A stretch of DNA of 64,000 bases from Patescibacteria group bacterium. GTDB lineage: Bacteria; Patescibacteriota; Minisyncoccia; Phycocordibacterales; UBA9973. The DNA is taken from assembly GCA_038061925.1 (NCBI GenBank), contig JBBTYD010000002.1:352-64351 (forward strand), in the 5' to 3' direction. The translations under genes were made by a program, and so were the position numbers. Below are positions 1-8,533 of this stretch, in pieces; positions within the stretch are counted from its first letter, which is position 1; each line of letters starts with the position of its first letter. Below the pieces are notes generated by a model. The model was not told the DNA's origin. It saw only the letters and a program-made list of their open reading frames with translations, and searched no databases.

Positions 1-505
1 TATCGATCTTTAAGAGTATTTAGCCTTAGCGGTTAGTTCCGCTGGATTCCCCCCGGCCATTCATGTCCTGGGGTACTCAAGAATAACAATAAAAGAGATA
101 AATTATTTTCGCTCACGGGACTATCACCCTCTATGGTGTCGCTTTCCAGCAACTTAAGCTAATAACTTATTTTTTGACTCTTCTAGAAAATCTACATTGT
201 CATCTTACAACCCTAAGAGTATTGCTACTCTCAGTTTGGGCTTCTTCCTTTTCGCTCGCCGCTACTGGGGAAATGCATATTTGTCTCTACTCCTCCTGGT
301 ACTGAGATGTTTCACTTCCCAGGGTCTGCTTTTTTATCATAAAGATAAAAATTGTTGAGGTGTACTCAACAGGGTTTCCCCATTCGGAAATCTCCGGATC
401 AAAGGTTGCTAAGCACCTCCCCGAAGCTTATCGCAGCAACGCCACGTCCTTCATCGCCTCTTAAAGTCAAGGCATCCACCGTACGCCCTTAAATTTCCTG
501 TTAAG
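1..505 (-). rRNA. rrl: 23S ribosomal RNA, 5' ~500 nt; the gene continues beyond the window start
   Basis: The reverse complement contains canonical 23S 5'-domain strings AAGGGCGTACGGTGGATGCCTTGAC, GGCGATGAAGGACGTGG, GATTTCCGAATGGGGAAACCC, GAAACATCTCAGTACC and CCCAGTAGCGGCGAGCGAA. The mature 5' end lies near position 500. Confidence 0.9.
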
Positions 506-669
506 AAATTTGAAAACCACAAAATTAAACAACTCTCTTTAACTTGTTTAAAAACTTGACCGCTCAAATTCTTTAAACAAAGAGAGTTTTTACTTATCTG
601 GGTTTTTGAAGACCCTTCTTACTACCCGATAAGTTTTTAATTTTCAATTTTCTAGCCTTACTGTAAAAG

Positions 670-697
670 AAAAAACCGCCTTTCGGGCGGCTAACAG
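670..697 (-). terminator. GC hairpin (CCGCC/GGCGG) followed by a T-run on the minus strand
   Basis: Minus strand reads GCCGCCCGAAAGGCGGTTTTTTCTTTT. It lies between the membrane protein gene and the rRNA promoter region. Confidence 0.45.
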
Positions 698-782
698 ACA
701 AAAGAAAGTCTGCAATTAAGGCCGCCTTTTGAACTTGTTTCTTATCATATTCATACTGATAGAAAAAGTATAATCGAAATCA

Positions 783-813
783 AAAAAGATGTCAACTGGG
801 GACATCTTTTTTG
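783..813. terminator. Bidirectional rho-independent terminator hairpin
   Basis: AAAAAAGATGTCaactgggGACATCTTTTTT: a 7-bp stem flanked by an A-run and a T-run, directly downstream of the stop of CDS 847..1554. Confidence 0.55.
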
Positions 814-846
814 CCAAAATACTCTAAGAAACTAAAGAGACTTATA

Positions 847-1554
847 TTATCTATGAGAAACTTCTTCACTAACCTTGGCGATAAATCGCGCCGCCGCATC
901 TCTGCCACCCAAACCGAAAGCTAGAGCGCCACCGATTGAGAGCATTGCAATTATGCCAGTGAAAAGGACGCTCATATAGTAATCAGCTACCCCAAGCTGC
1001 CCTAACGCAATGATGAAGGCAAATATCCAAATAGCATACTTCGCGATAGCGCCAAGCATATTGGCAGAAGTCAAGTTTATGGTTTTTGCGGAAGCGACCA
1101 CTGTTTTAGATAAACCTTCAGCCACAATTGAAGCAATTATTAAAACAAGAGCAGCCACGACAACTTTAGGCAAAAAACCCAATACGCCATTTTGCAAGAA
1201 ATCTTTTATACTATTCAAGCCAACCAAATCAAGCGAAGGAATAAGAAAAACAACAATCACAAACCATTTCACCACTTGTCCAATAAAGTATCCAGAATCG
1301 AGATCCATCCCCGCCTTTCTAAATAAATTGTCTACGCCAATAGATCTTAAAAGATTGTCTATTTTAAGAGAACGAAAAACTTGCTCCAGAGCTTTAGCGA
1401 TAATATTACCTAAAACCCAACCTATCGCAAAGAATATAACCGCGATGATAAGCTTCGGAGCAAACTGAATAAAACCCCACCATAAATTTTGAAGCGATGC
1501 GTTAAAAACATCACCCCATGAAAGCCAAATGTTATTCATAATAGTAAAAAACAT
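847..1554 (-). CDS. Multi-pass membrane protein, conserved TM-helix-repeat / small mechanosensitive-channel-like
   Basis: 235-aa ORF with repeated hydrophobic helices separated by short charged loops (e.g. ...IIAVIFFAIGWVLGNIIAKALEQ...). The architecture resembles MscS-like or TM-helix-repeat proteins. Assigned from composition only. Confidence 0.45.
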   Translation of the reverse strand: MFFTIMNNIWLSWGDVFNASLQNLWWGFIQFAPKLIIAVIFFAIGWVLGNIIAKALEQVFRSLKIDNLLRSIGVDNLFRKAGMDLDSGYFIGQVVKWFVIVVFLIPSLDLVGLNSIKDFLQNGVLGFLPKVVVAALVLIIASIVAEGLSKTVVASAKTINLTSANMLGAIAKYAIWIFAFIIALGQLGVADYYMSVLFTGIIAMLSIGGALAFGLGGRDAAARFIAKVSEEVSHR

Positions 1555-1614
1555 TAATTAATAAGACTTTTAAGTTTCGACCTTATAAAGTTCTAGCTAT
1601 TATTATACCAAATT

Positions 1615-2229
1615 CTAATTCTTTTTTAAAGCCTGTGTGGATAACTCCTTAACCTGCAAGAGAACCTCGTGGGGATAGTCTAAAATGTCTCGGACAAGCT
1701 TGTCATACATATTCAGCCTATAAATAAACTCTTGGGTCTCAAAAATAGCGTAAACAAGCTCCGTGCCAATTTCTGCTTCAAGTCTGCGAATTCCTTGTTC
1801 AATTTTGCCCCGTTTCATTTTATCCCCAACAATGAGCAAGTCCACTCGACTATCCTCATTTTTAATAAATACGCCAGAAACCACAATGAGTTTCACCTGT
1901 CCGACTTTTTTTAAATTATCTAAAATATTTTCTTTATTCAAATTATCCGATCGGACTAGCAGATCTTCAAATTCTCCCGCATATTTAAAAAGATAATTAA
2001 AATACCAATCTGATGAAGCTCTTCCTCGTTTTTTAATAAAATTGACAGAAGCTAAAAGCTTCAGTTCTCGGCGAACGATATCGGGACTTACTCGGCTTCT
2101 TTTGGCAATATCTTTACTCTCAAAACCCTTGCCTTTATTGAACAAAAAAAGCCTCATTATTTTTACCCTGGCTCCATTTCCTAATATTTTCCCTAGAATT
2201 TCCATCCACCTATTGTAATGCTTTTTCAA
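1615..2229 (-). CDS. Hypothetical protein with an N-terminal winged-helix (HTH) DNA-binding domain
   Basis: 204-aa ORF. The N-terminal segment ARVKIMRLFLFNKGKGFESKDIAKRSRVSPDIVRRELKLLASVNFIKKR is wHTH-like. The C-terminal domain is unrecognised. Confidence 0.45.
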   Translation of the reverse strand: MKKHYNRWMEILGKILGNGARVKIMRLFLFNKGKGFESKDIAKRSRVSPDIVRRELKLLASVNFIKKRGRASSDWYFNYLFKYAGEFEDLLVRSDNLNKENILDNLKKVGQVKLIVVSGVFIKNEDSRVDLLIVGDKMKRGKIEQGIRRLEAEIGTELVYAIFETQEFIYRLNMYDKLVRDILDYPHEVLLQVKELSTQALKKN

Positions 2230-2242
2230 GAAAAAACAAGCA

Positions 2243-2271
2243 AAAAAACGGAAGCAAGGCTTCCGTTTTTT
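2243..2271. terminator. Terminator hairpin, repeat family A (inverted orientation)
   Basis: AAAAAACGGAAGCaaggCTTCCGTTTTTT. It is the reverse complement of the copies at 2296 and 3587. Confidence 0.6.
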
Positions 2272-2287
2272 CTATGTTAATGACTAC

Positions 2288-2330
2288 TTGAACAAGAAAA
2301 ACGGAAGCCTTGCTTCCGTTTTTCTTGTTC
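2288..2330. terminator. Terminator hairpin, repeat family A (19-bp perfect stem)
   Basis: GAACAAGAAAAACGGAAGCcttGCTTCCGTTTTTCTTGTTC, immediately downstream of the rplL stop on the minus strand. Confidence 0.6.
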
Positions 2331-2369
2331 TTTATTTCAGCAAGGACTACCCTTGCTGGGTTTTCTGGG

Positions 2370-2738
2370 TTATTTTAATTCAATCTTCCCACCGGCCGCT
2401 TCTATTTTTTTCTTTAAGTCATTAGCCTCCTCTTTCTTCATTCCCGCCTTAAGAGTCGAAGGAGCGGCATCAACCAAATCTTTAGCATCTTTCAAACCTA
2501 GACCCAAGGCTTCTTTGACGATTTTCATTACCGCTATTTTCTGCTCACCAGCGGAAGTAAGCATCACAGTATAAGCAGCTTGTTCCTCTGCGGCGGAAGC
2601 CGCTCCGGCGCCAGCGGGAGTGGCCGCCACCGCGGCGGCGGATACTCCAAATTTTTCCTCAATAGCCTTTACCAGCTCGTTTAATTCCAAGACTGAGGCG
2701 CCTTCAAGATCTTTCATAAACACATCAAATTTTGACAT
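2370..2738 (-). CDS. rplL: 50S ribosomal protein L7/L12
   Basis: 122 aa. Ala-rich flexible hinge ([19 protein letters not shown]), conserved C-terminal domain (...[19 protein letters not shown]...), ends KIELK. Confidence 0.95.
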   Translation of the reverse strand: MSKFDVFMKDLEGASVLELNELVKAIEEKFGVSAAAVAATPAGAGAASAAEEQAAYTVMLTSAGEQKIAVMKIVKEALGLGLKDAKDLVDAAPSTLKAGMKKEEANDLKKKIEAAGGKIELK

Positions 2739-2789
2739 AATTTTTGTTGCCAGATAGAGGTTTAGCCTCTATCTGGCTTTAGTTAATAA

Positions 2790-3290
2790 TTATACTTTTC
2801 CTTTCGCTACTTCATTCACCGCGATAGCCAAACGTTGCATCGGACTCTGGAGCAAGAACGCCAATTTTGAAAGTAACACTTCCCTTGTCGGTATCATCGC
2901 TAACTCCATCATCTTGCCACTCTCAATAAATTTACCTTCGAAAATTCCACCTAAAATATTTAAAATTCCTTTGTGGGTTTTTTGGAAATTATAGATTTCT
3001 CTCGGAGTTGTTGTGGCATCTTTAGAGCCTGCCTGCGCAGGCAGGTAGGCGATAGCGACTTCCCCGGCCAGTTCCGGAATTTCACCTTCCGCTTTCCCTT
3101 TTAACGCGCGAACCAGAAGCGTCTTTCTGGAAACTTTATACCCAACCTTTTCTTTTCGAAGATTTCGACGCAAGATTGTTTCATCACTTACTTTCAAACC
3201 GTGGAAATTCACAAAAACAAGAGATTCAGATCCCTTGATTGTTTCCTCTAAGTCTTTTATTATCTCTTCTTTTTTTGATTTTTGTAACAT
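2790..3290 (-). CDS. rplJ: 50S ribosomal protein L10
   Basis: 166 aa immediately upstream of rplL in the classical order. N-terminal KEEIIKDLEE...LVFVNFHGLKVSD matches the L10 family. Confidence 0.9.
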   Translation of the reverse strand: MLQKSKKEEIIKDLEETIKGSESLVFVNFHGLKVSDETILRRNLRKEKVGYKVSRKTLLVRALKGKAEGEIPELAGEVAIAYLPAQAGSKDATTTPREIYNFQKTHKGILNILGGIFEGKFIESGKMMELAMIPTREVLLSKLAFLLQSPMQRLAIAVNEVAKGKV

Positions 3291-3470
3291 AGGTGATTTT
3301 TAATTGTTTCTACTAAAAAACAAAAAACGGCTTTCGCCGCAAGTTTCACCCTCCAATATCAAGGACTCTCCTTGATATTTTGAGATATCGACCCACTAAA
3401 TAGGACTTACTTCGCCTGTTGCCTACTTTCTTTGCGGTAGGTAGACTATAGCACAGTTATGTTACTTTGC
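3291..3470 (-). promoter_or_regulatory. Putative rplJ leader (possible L10-L12 autoregulatory region)
   Basis: About 180-nt untranslated region upstream of rplJ containing small hairpins (e.g. CTCCAATATCAAGGACTCTCCTTGATATTTTGAG). Assignment is by position only. Confidence 0.25.
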
Positions 3471-3586
3471 AAAATGAATCACCAAGAAAACCCCAGTAAG
3501 CCCTAAGGCTATCATCAGTATAAAAATAATCAACGTCTTAAAAAAATGTTTTGTTATCATAATTTTATTATATCATACCATTAATA

Positions 3587-3616
3587 GAAAAACGGAAGCC
3601 TTGCTTCCGTTTTTCT
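3587..3616. terminator. Terminator hairpin, repeat family A (third copy)
   Basis: GAAAAACGGAAGCCTTGCTTCCGTTTTTCT is identical over 30 nt to the copy at 2296..2325. It lies just downstream of the stop of CDS 3621..3842. Confidence 0.6.
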
Positions 3617-3620
3617 ATTT

Positions 3621-3842
3621 TTATCGGTACCCGTTCAGCCACAAGATAATAGCCAGAATAACCAAAACCAAAATAAAAGAATGATAAATATCCCAATGAG
3701 AATATATGTTTTTTTTCTTTAAAAAATTTGAAAACATCGAACTGCCTTCTATAAAAATAAGAAAGGGAAAAATAGCGATGAAATACCAAATTTTAAAAAA
3801 AAATGCAAACATAAGTTTAGTGTCAAAGTGTCTCTTTGACAC
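3621..3842 (-). CDS. Small integral membrane protein, hypothetical
   Basis: 73 aa, two hydrophobic helices, ends right before terminator copy 3. The overlapping ORF 3568..3789 runs through the terminator and is considered spurious. Confidence 0.4.
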   Translation of the reverse strand: MSKRHFDTKLMFAFFFKIWYFIAIFPFLIFIEGSSMFSNFLKKKNIYSHWDIYHSFILVLVILAIILWLNGYR

Positions 3843-3845
3843 AAG

Positions 3846-4301
3846 TTATTTCTGAATTAAAATTGTGGCAATATTCTGAGATGTGTCACAATCCACTAGC
3901 CAGGTAGCTGGCAACTTTGCGCTAGAGAGCTTGATTATCTTAAAACCCCAAGCTTTTATATTAAAGACAAAACCGACTTTCACTGTGCGATCGACAGGCG
4001 CGCGGTTATCTAGCATAATAGAAGTATTGTTTTTGTAAGTGACATTATTTGGACTGGCTTGACATATATTATTAAGCTGAATGCGGGCATCTTTATACTT
4101 TACCAAAGCTTGCGCGTAAGTAATTGATGTAGGCGCATTAGCATTAACACTGCCAACGCTTGTATCCTCGGTGGGAATCACTTCCTGACCGTTTTTTGTG
4201 TTATCCGTTACAATTGGAGCAGGATTTTTATTCAGTGACCAAAGCGCAAAACCAACCAGAGCTAAAACCACAATCAGTTCAATAATTAGTTTGTCTTTCA
4301 T
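3846..4301 (-). CDS. Hypothetical secreted or membrane-anchored protein
   Basis: 151 aa, N-terminal hydrophobic anchor (LIIELIVVLALVGFALW). No G-F prepilin cleavage motif, so it is not called a pilin. Confidence 0.45.
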   Translation of the reverse strand: MKDKLIIELIVVLALVGFALWSLNKNPAPIVTDNTKNGQEVIPTEDTSVGSVNANAPTSITYAQALVKYKDARIQLNNICQASPNNVTYKNNTSIMLDNRAPVDRTVKVGFVFNIKAWGFKIIKLSSAKLPATWLVDCDTSQNIATILIQK

Positions 4302-4480
4302 CCCGTTTAGAAATTACACTATCCGTACTTATATTTTTATAAATAAAGACGGTTAATTTTTAATATTTTTATAATAGTATAGTTTTTATATTATATCAAA
4401 TTTTCAGACAATAGCAAAAAAGCAAAAACCAGCCAAAAAGCTGGTTTTTGAGAACCACAAATTCACCTCTCTCCTATTTC

Positions 4481-5587
4481 CTACTGAGCGTTCATCAGAG
4501 CTTTTGTTTTCTTTCCAACGAGACCGTCAGCCACTAGACCGTTATCCTTCTGCCATTGTTTTATGACTTTAATGGTCTTTGGACCCAGTTTACCGTCAAC
4601 TACCAAGCCAAGATTCAATTTATCATTCAAGAATCTTTGTAGTTCTTTAACCGGCTCGCCCTTGCTCCCATTTTTGAGAGTGGTGGCGCCGAAGTTATAC
4701 ACTCCGGTAGTGGTAGAAGAAGGCGCTGAAGTATTTCCTACACACGACGCTCCATTAGCCGTACTAAAGCCACTAATTCTATTTCCACATCCTGGAATTT
4801 GAGGACCCGTATTGTTAACACATAATACTCCAGTTGAAGTATTGTACTTATTTCCACCAGAACATCCTTGCGTAGGAGGAAGTGGAACCACTACCTCCGT
4901 TCCGCTTCCTGCAACAGTGATGGTGTCTGAGACAGCCATTGACATATTGCCGGCAGCATCCCGGAACTTAGCATAAACTGTCTTTACTCCATCTCCTGAG
5001 ACAAGCGTCCAAGTTTTGCTCGTCGCATAAGTCTCCCATAATGCTCCAGCAAAACCAGCGTCATTTGAGATAAGCATTTGAGTAGCGTCTGTGGCAGAGA
5101 GAGTCAAAGTTGAAGTAAGTACAGCACTTGTCGTTGCTCCAGCATTGATACTGACTGAAGTATTAGTAGGTGCTGTTGTATCTGCAGGTGGAGTAGCCGC
5201 ATATCCTCCGCCTCCGCTGCCGCCTCCTCCGCTAGTTATCGCTCCACAAGCAGTCGTAGAGGGAGTGACCGTCACATCTAAGCTAGCGGTAATAATGAGC
5301 TTGCTTTCTCCATTTGTACAAGTAGCGGTCAAGCTTCCGTTGTTAGTAAGAGTGTGCCTATTTGGAGAAATGAGAGTAAAGGTAGCTGATGCCGGAGTAA
5401 CTACCTGTAAGGTCGTAGTATCCAGCACGATTGATGTCGCTTCTGAACCGCTTAAAATGGTGTAATTATTGCCGTTGATTGTGATTACCACATCAGCGCT
5501 ATAAGTCAAAGCAAAAGCAGAATTGGCTACACCAACAAAGAGAGATAAGACAGCTATCAGTAAACCTAATTTTAATTTTTTAATCAT
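4481..5587 (-). CDS. Secreted protein with a C-terminal peptidoglycan-binding (PG_binding_1-like) domain
   Basis: Start taken at the internal Met (MIKKLKLGLLIAVLSLFVGVANSAFA signal peptide). C-terminal LKNGSKGEPVKELQRFLN...VDGKLGPKTIKVIKQWQKDNGLVADGLVGKKT matches the PG-binding repeat. Contains a GGGGSGGGG linker. Confidence 0.65.
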   Translation of the reverse strand: MIKKLKLGLLIAVLSLFVGVANSAFALTYSADVVITINGNNYTILSGSEATSIVLDTTTLQVVTPASATFTLISPNRHTLTNNGSLTATCTNGESKLIITASLDVTVTPSTTACGAITSGGGGSGGGGYAATPPADTTAPTNTSVSINAGATTSAVLTSTLTLSATDATQMLISNDAGFAGALWETYATSKTWTLVSGDGVKTVYAKFRDAAGNMSMAVSDTITVAGSGTEVVVPLPPTQGCSGGNKYNTSTGVLCVNNTGPQIPGCGNRISGFSTANGASCVGNTSAPSSTTTGVYNFGATTLKNGSKGEPVKELQRFLNDKLNLGLVVDGKLGPKTIKVIKQWQKDNGLVADGLVGKKTKALMNAQ

Positions 5588-5716
5588 TTTGTTTTTAAGA
5601 TTATATATACGGGATTCGACCTCCCGCCTACGCCGAGGCTTCGGCGAGGCAAGCAAGATAATCTCTAAATCCCGCATATTTTTTGTTAATAATTTAAGAC
5701 TTAAGAAACAAAATAA

Positions 5717-7324
5717 TTATGCACAAGTAATGGCACCTGTTGTATCGGCGCCACTTGCGCCAATGAACCACTTTGTACCATTTGAACGAAGTTCAATAAA
5801 GTCACCGACATCTTCTGCAGTAGCAACAATAGTTAAGACAGTCGCGGCGGCACAAGAAACATCTAGTGCGGTAACCTTAAGAGTACCCTCAATAACTGCT
5901 GTAGCTGCTGTTATAGTTGCGTTAGTTGTGACATCAGCTGCTACGACGAATCTATACACAACACCGTTAGAAGTAGCTACGGCAGGAAGAGTAATAACTG
6001 GAGCAGTAGCTAGATAGAAAGTTCTACCACTCATGGCAGCCGTTAATGCCTGCGTACCAGTAACTGCCAAGGTATCTTCAAAGTAACGCACACCACTAAC
6101 TATATTACCAATAGTGATTACCTCTGTACCTGAACCGGTAGGAGTGCCTGTACCGATGTTGATAACTTTTCCACCTGCAAGAGTCGTAGCTCCTGTACCG
6201 ATGTTAATAGTGGCAACACCTGTAGTGTTTGCACCGTCGCCAATGTTAACAGTTTTTGAACCTGCGCCTGAAGTAAGTCCTGAACCAATGTTTACAGTAT
6301 TCGCTACTGCAGTGTTTGCCGCCGCAATATTTACAACATTAGCGCCTGCTGTGCCACCAGCAATCGTAACAGTAGATAGACCAGCGCCACCACCAATAAC
6401 AACTGTTTGTGTACCAGAAGATGAACCAAGAGTAATATCGCCTGTTCCATCTGATTTACCAATTACAATAGTATTGCCAACTACTCCCGGATCTAGAGCA
6501 ATAGCTCCACGAATAGTAGTAGCGCCAGTTTGCGCAGCGCTTCCGATTGTTATCGCAGAAGTGGCTGCACCGGATGTTCCAAGAGTTACGGTAGAAACAC
6601 CTGAAGTAGAGGCAAGCGCAACTGTTTGTGCGCCAGTACCACGACCGAATGTCATTGTGCCGACATGAAGGCCTGTACCACCAAAGGTGATTGTGCCTGT
6701 GGTCATTAGAGTACCAGCGGTGATTGAACCGGCTAGTTGCGCATTACCGATAGTTACAACATTAGCGGCTGTGCCACCAGCAATTTGCACTGTTGAAACA
6801 CCAGCGCCACCACCAAGTATTAGAGTTTGATCTCCAGATGAAGATCCAACTGTGATATTGCCTGTTCCTGCCGTACCACCGATAATGGTTACACCCGAAG
6901 TGTTGCCAGTCCCAATGTTAATAGTTTTAACCGCAGCGCCTTGAGCGACATTGACTGTCTGGTCAGCTGAAGATGTACCAAGGCTGACAGCGCCAGTTCC
7001 AGCGGCTGCGCCGAGCACAAGAGTGCCGGCAGTACCCGGGGTCAAAGAAAGACCAGCCGCTACGCCAACACCAGTATCAGTACCACCATAAATAATAGTA
7101 CTTCCACCAACCTGACTAGCATTACCAATTGTAATATCACCAGTTGTAGCCGTCGTCGCAAAACCCATTGCCGAACCGACTGCGCCGGTGATTGTCAGCG
7201 CGCCGGTTTCAGTGAGCACATTTGCACCGATAGTAAAAGACGCGAGTGTTTGCACTGCTCCAACTCCCGCGATAAGAGATAAAGCAACAAATCCTAAACC
7301 TAAACCTTTAAATATATTTTTCAT
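5717..7324 (-). CDS. Gly/Thr/Ala-rich repetitive secreted surface protein (beta-helix or adhesin-like)
   Basis: 535 aa with a signal peptide and many degenerate repeats of the type ITLGSSSG(D/T)QT(L/V)(I/V)(L/I)GGGAG(V/L)STV(Q/T)IAGGTA(A/G)ANVV(T/N)I. Confidence 0.65.
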   Translation of the reverse strand: MKNIFKGLGLGFVALSLIAGVGAVQTLASFTIGANVLTETGALTITGAVGSAMGFATTATTGDITIGNASQVGGSTIIYGGTDTGVGVAAGLSLTPGTAGTLVLGAAAGTGAVSLGTSSADQTVNVAQGAAVKTINIGTGNTSGVTIIGGTAGTGNITVGSSSGDQTLILGGGAGVSTVQIAGGTAANVVTIGNAQLAGSITAGTLMTTGTITFGGTGLHVGTMTFGRGTGAQTVALASTSGVSTVTLGTSGAATSAITIGSAAQTGATTIRGAIALDPGVVGNTIVIGKSDGTGDITLGSSSGTQTVVIGGGAGLSTVTIAGGTAGANVVNIAAANTAVANTVNIGSGLTSGAGSKTVNIGDGANTTGVATINIGTGATTLAGGKVINIGTGTPTGSGTEVITIGNIVSGVRYFEDTLAVTGTQALTAAMSGRTFYLATAPVITLPAVATSNGVVYRFVVAADVTTNATITAATAVIEGTLKVTALDVSCAAATVLTIVATAEDVGDFIELRSNGTKWFIGASGADTTGAITCA

Positions 7325-7550
7325 ATTCTAATAATTTTATCCCACTTTGCCAAAGCTTCGCGGGACGAGCTAATAATAAATAAACCTGATAATGATAATA
7401 ATTTTCCTCAATTGCCTAATAGTGCCCTTAAGGAAATGCACTGTTAGATAATTCAAGATGACAAAAAAGTATTCGACACTTTAATGCGTTATTAATTATA
7501 CAACAAAGAAAAATATTAGAACACAATAGAAAGTGGGGATAACTCCCAAA

Positions 7551-7585
7551 CTAGGGGCTAGGAGCTAGGAGCTAGGAGCTAGAAA
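7551..7585. repeat. Heptanucleotide microsatellite (GGAGCTA)x~4
   Basis: GGGGCTAGGAGCTAGGAGCTAGGAGCTAG, about 230 nt upstream of the start of the surface-protein gene 5717..7324. Confidence 0.8.
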
Positions 7586-7829
7586 AAAATGATTATTTGT
7601 CTTTTATTTTACAATAACCGTTCTTACATATACTATTTTTAATTCGTTTGACATCTTTTGTACCTATAAAATCCTCCAAACGTTTCTTTAATTTATCACA
7701 CACAAAACAGCTTTTTTGAAAATGTTCGATGGAAAGCTCATAAAGATGTCCTAAATCCTGGAGATAATAAAACCATGAGATTCAAAGAACTTTACTATTT
7801 CAGACCCAGAAATGCTAGTTTTTATCTTA

Positions 7830-8060
7830 TTAGGCATATGACGGGGTATGGAACTCGAAACTTGCAACCACTCCTGGATTTTTAACAAATTCATTTTCAA
7901 CTTCATCCACCATTTCTTCTAAATACAAAGAAACAGCTTCTCCAATGTTCTTTTCAAGTTCCTCAAAAGTTTTGCCGTCAGTTACAATAGGAGCATTCAA
8001 TCCAGAAGCAACATACATACCATCTTCATTTGTAATAGAAAACTGTATAACCTTTTTCAT
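7830..8060 (-). CDS. hicB: HicB-like (UPF0150) type II antitoxin family protein
   Basis: 76 aa. ...EDGMYVASGLNAPIVTDGKTFEELEKNIGEAVSLYLEEM matches the HicB N-terminal RNase-H-like-fold pattern (DGxYxAxxPxLPGxxxxGxTxEEAxxNxxEAIxLxLE). Confidence 0.6.
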   Translation of the reverse strand: MKKVIQFSITNEDGMYVASGLNAPIVTDGKTFEELEKNIGEAVSLYLEEMVDEVENEFVKNPGVVASFEFHTPSYA

Positions 8061-8135
8061 ATTTTAAGTATAACATATTACTAGTCCCTAGCAACTAGCT
8101 AGAAAGAGCCTAAGACTCTATCCAGAAGCACCTAA

Positions 8136-8492
8136 TTATTTCCCTTGCGCTGTCAGAGTTTCAGCAATTTTGCTGGTTGCTAGAAGCGGACCATAAAAGA
8201 CAACGTTGTCCTTTATGAGATGCATAGTCTCCGGCGCCCAAAGAGCGTCTTTTATTGGATTAAGAGTAAAATTACTCTTAGTTTCATCAGTTTCATCTTT
8301 GACAACTTGCAAAATATAGCCGTTTGAAAGCCTCATATCAGGAAAAGTTGTTAATTTACCAACATATACTTCTCCGGTTGTCATATATACGACAGAATAA
8401 ACATTGTTTTTATTTGCTTTATTCACCCAAAAACCAACTCCCACCACAACCAAAACCACTAGAGCTACTATTACGATATTTTTTTTTGACAT
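8136..8492 (-). CDS. Hypothetical membrane-anchored protein
   Basis: 118 aa with an N-terminal TM helix (IVIVALVVLVVVGVGFWV). Confidence 0.45.
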   Translation of the reverse strand: MSKKNIVIVALVVLVVVGVGFWVNKANKNNVYSVVYMTTGEVYVGKLTTFPDMRLSNGYILQVVKDETDETKSNFTLNPIKDALWAPETMHLIKDNVVFYGPLLATSKIAETLTAQGK

Positions 8493-8533
8493 ACATTTTT
8501 TGATTATTATTTATAATAATAATATGACTTATT

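Noticed and set aside
1010-1468. Plus-strand ORFs lying inside minus-strand genes (for example 1010..1468, 1763..1996, 5091..5465, 5523..6017, 6114..6668, 10668..11099, 11766..12230, 13608..14243, 26781..27086, 29627..30115, 32530..32943, 33194..33592, 38274..38675, 43161..43496) and minus-strand ORFs inside ftsK, recA, nusA and hppA (14877..15527, 15531..15872, 17479..17778, 56138..56575, 57439..57660)
   Set aside because: Each is antisense to or out of frame with a gene that has clear family signatures. The translations are low-complexity (Phe/Ser/Pro or Ala/Pro/Val runs) and typical of the opposite strand of real coding sequence.
3478-3561. 32-aa minus-strand ORF MITKHFFKTLIIFILMIALGLTGVFLVIHFAK upstream of rplJ as a possible secE
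   Set aside because: It is too short and lacks recognisable SecE conserved residues. Without nusG, rplK or rplA nearby the positional argument is weak, so it is not annotated.
3568-3789. ORF 3568..3789 overlapping ORF 3621..3842 in another frame
   Set aside because: It runs through the conserved terminator hairpin at 3587..3616 and overlaps a more plausible membrane-protein ORF, so it is treated as spurious.
5607-5625. Possible tRNA or tmRNA: a hairpin with a TTCGACC loop resembling a T-arm
   Set aside because: No acceptor stem, D-arm, anticodon arm or CCA could be placed. The upstream sequence is AT-rich coding sequence of the neighbouring gene. It is retained only as a low-interest structured element.
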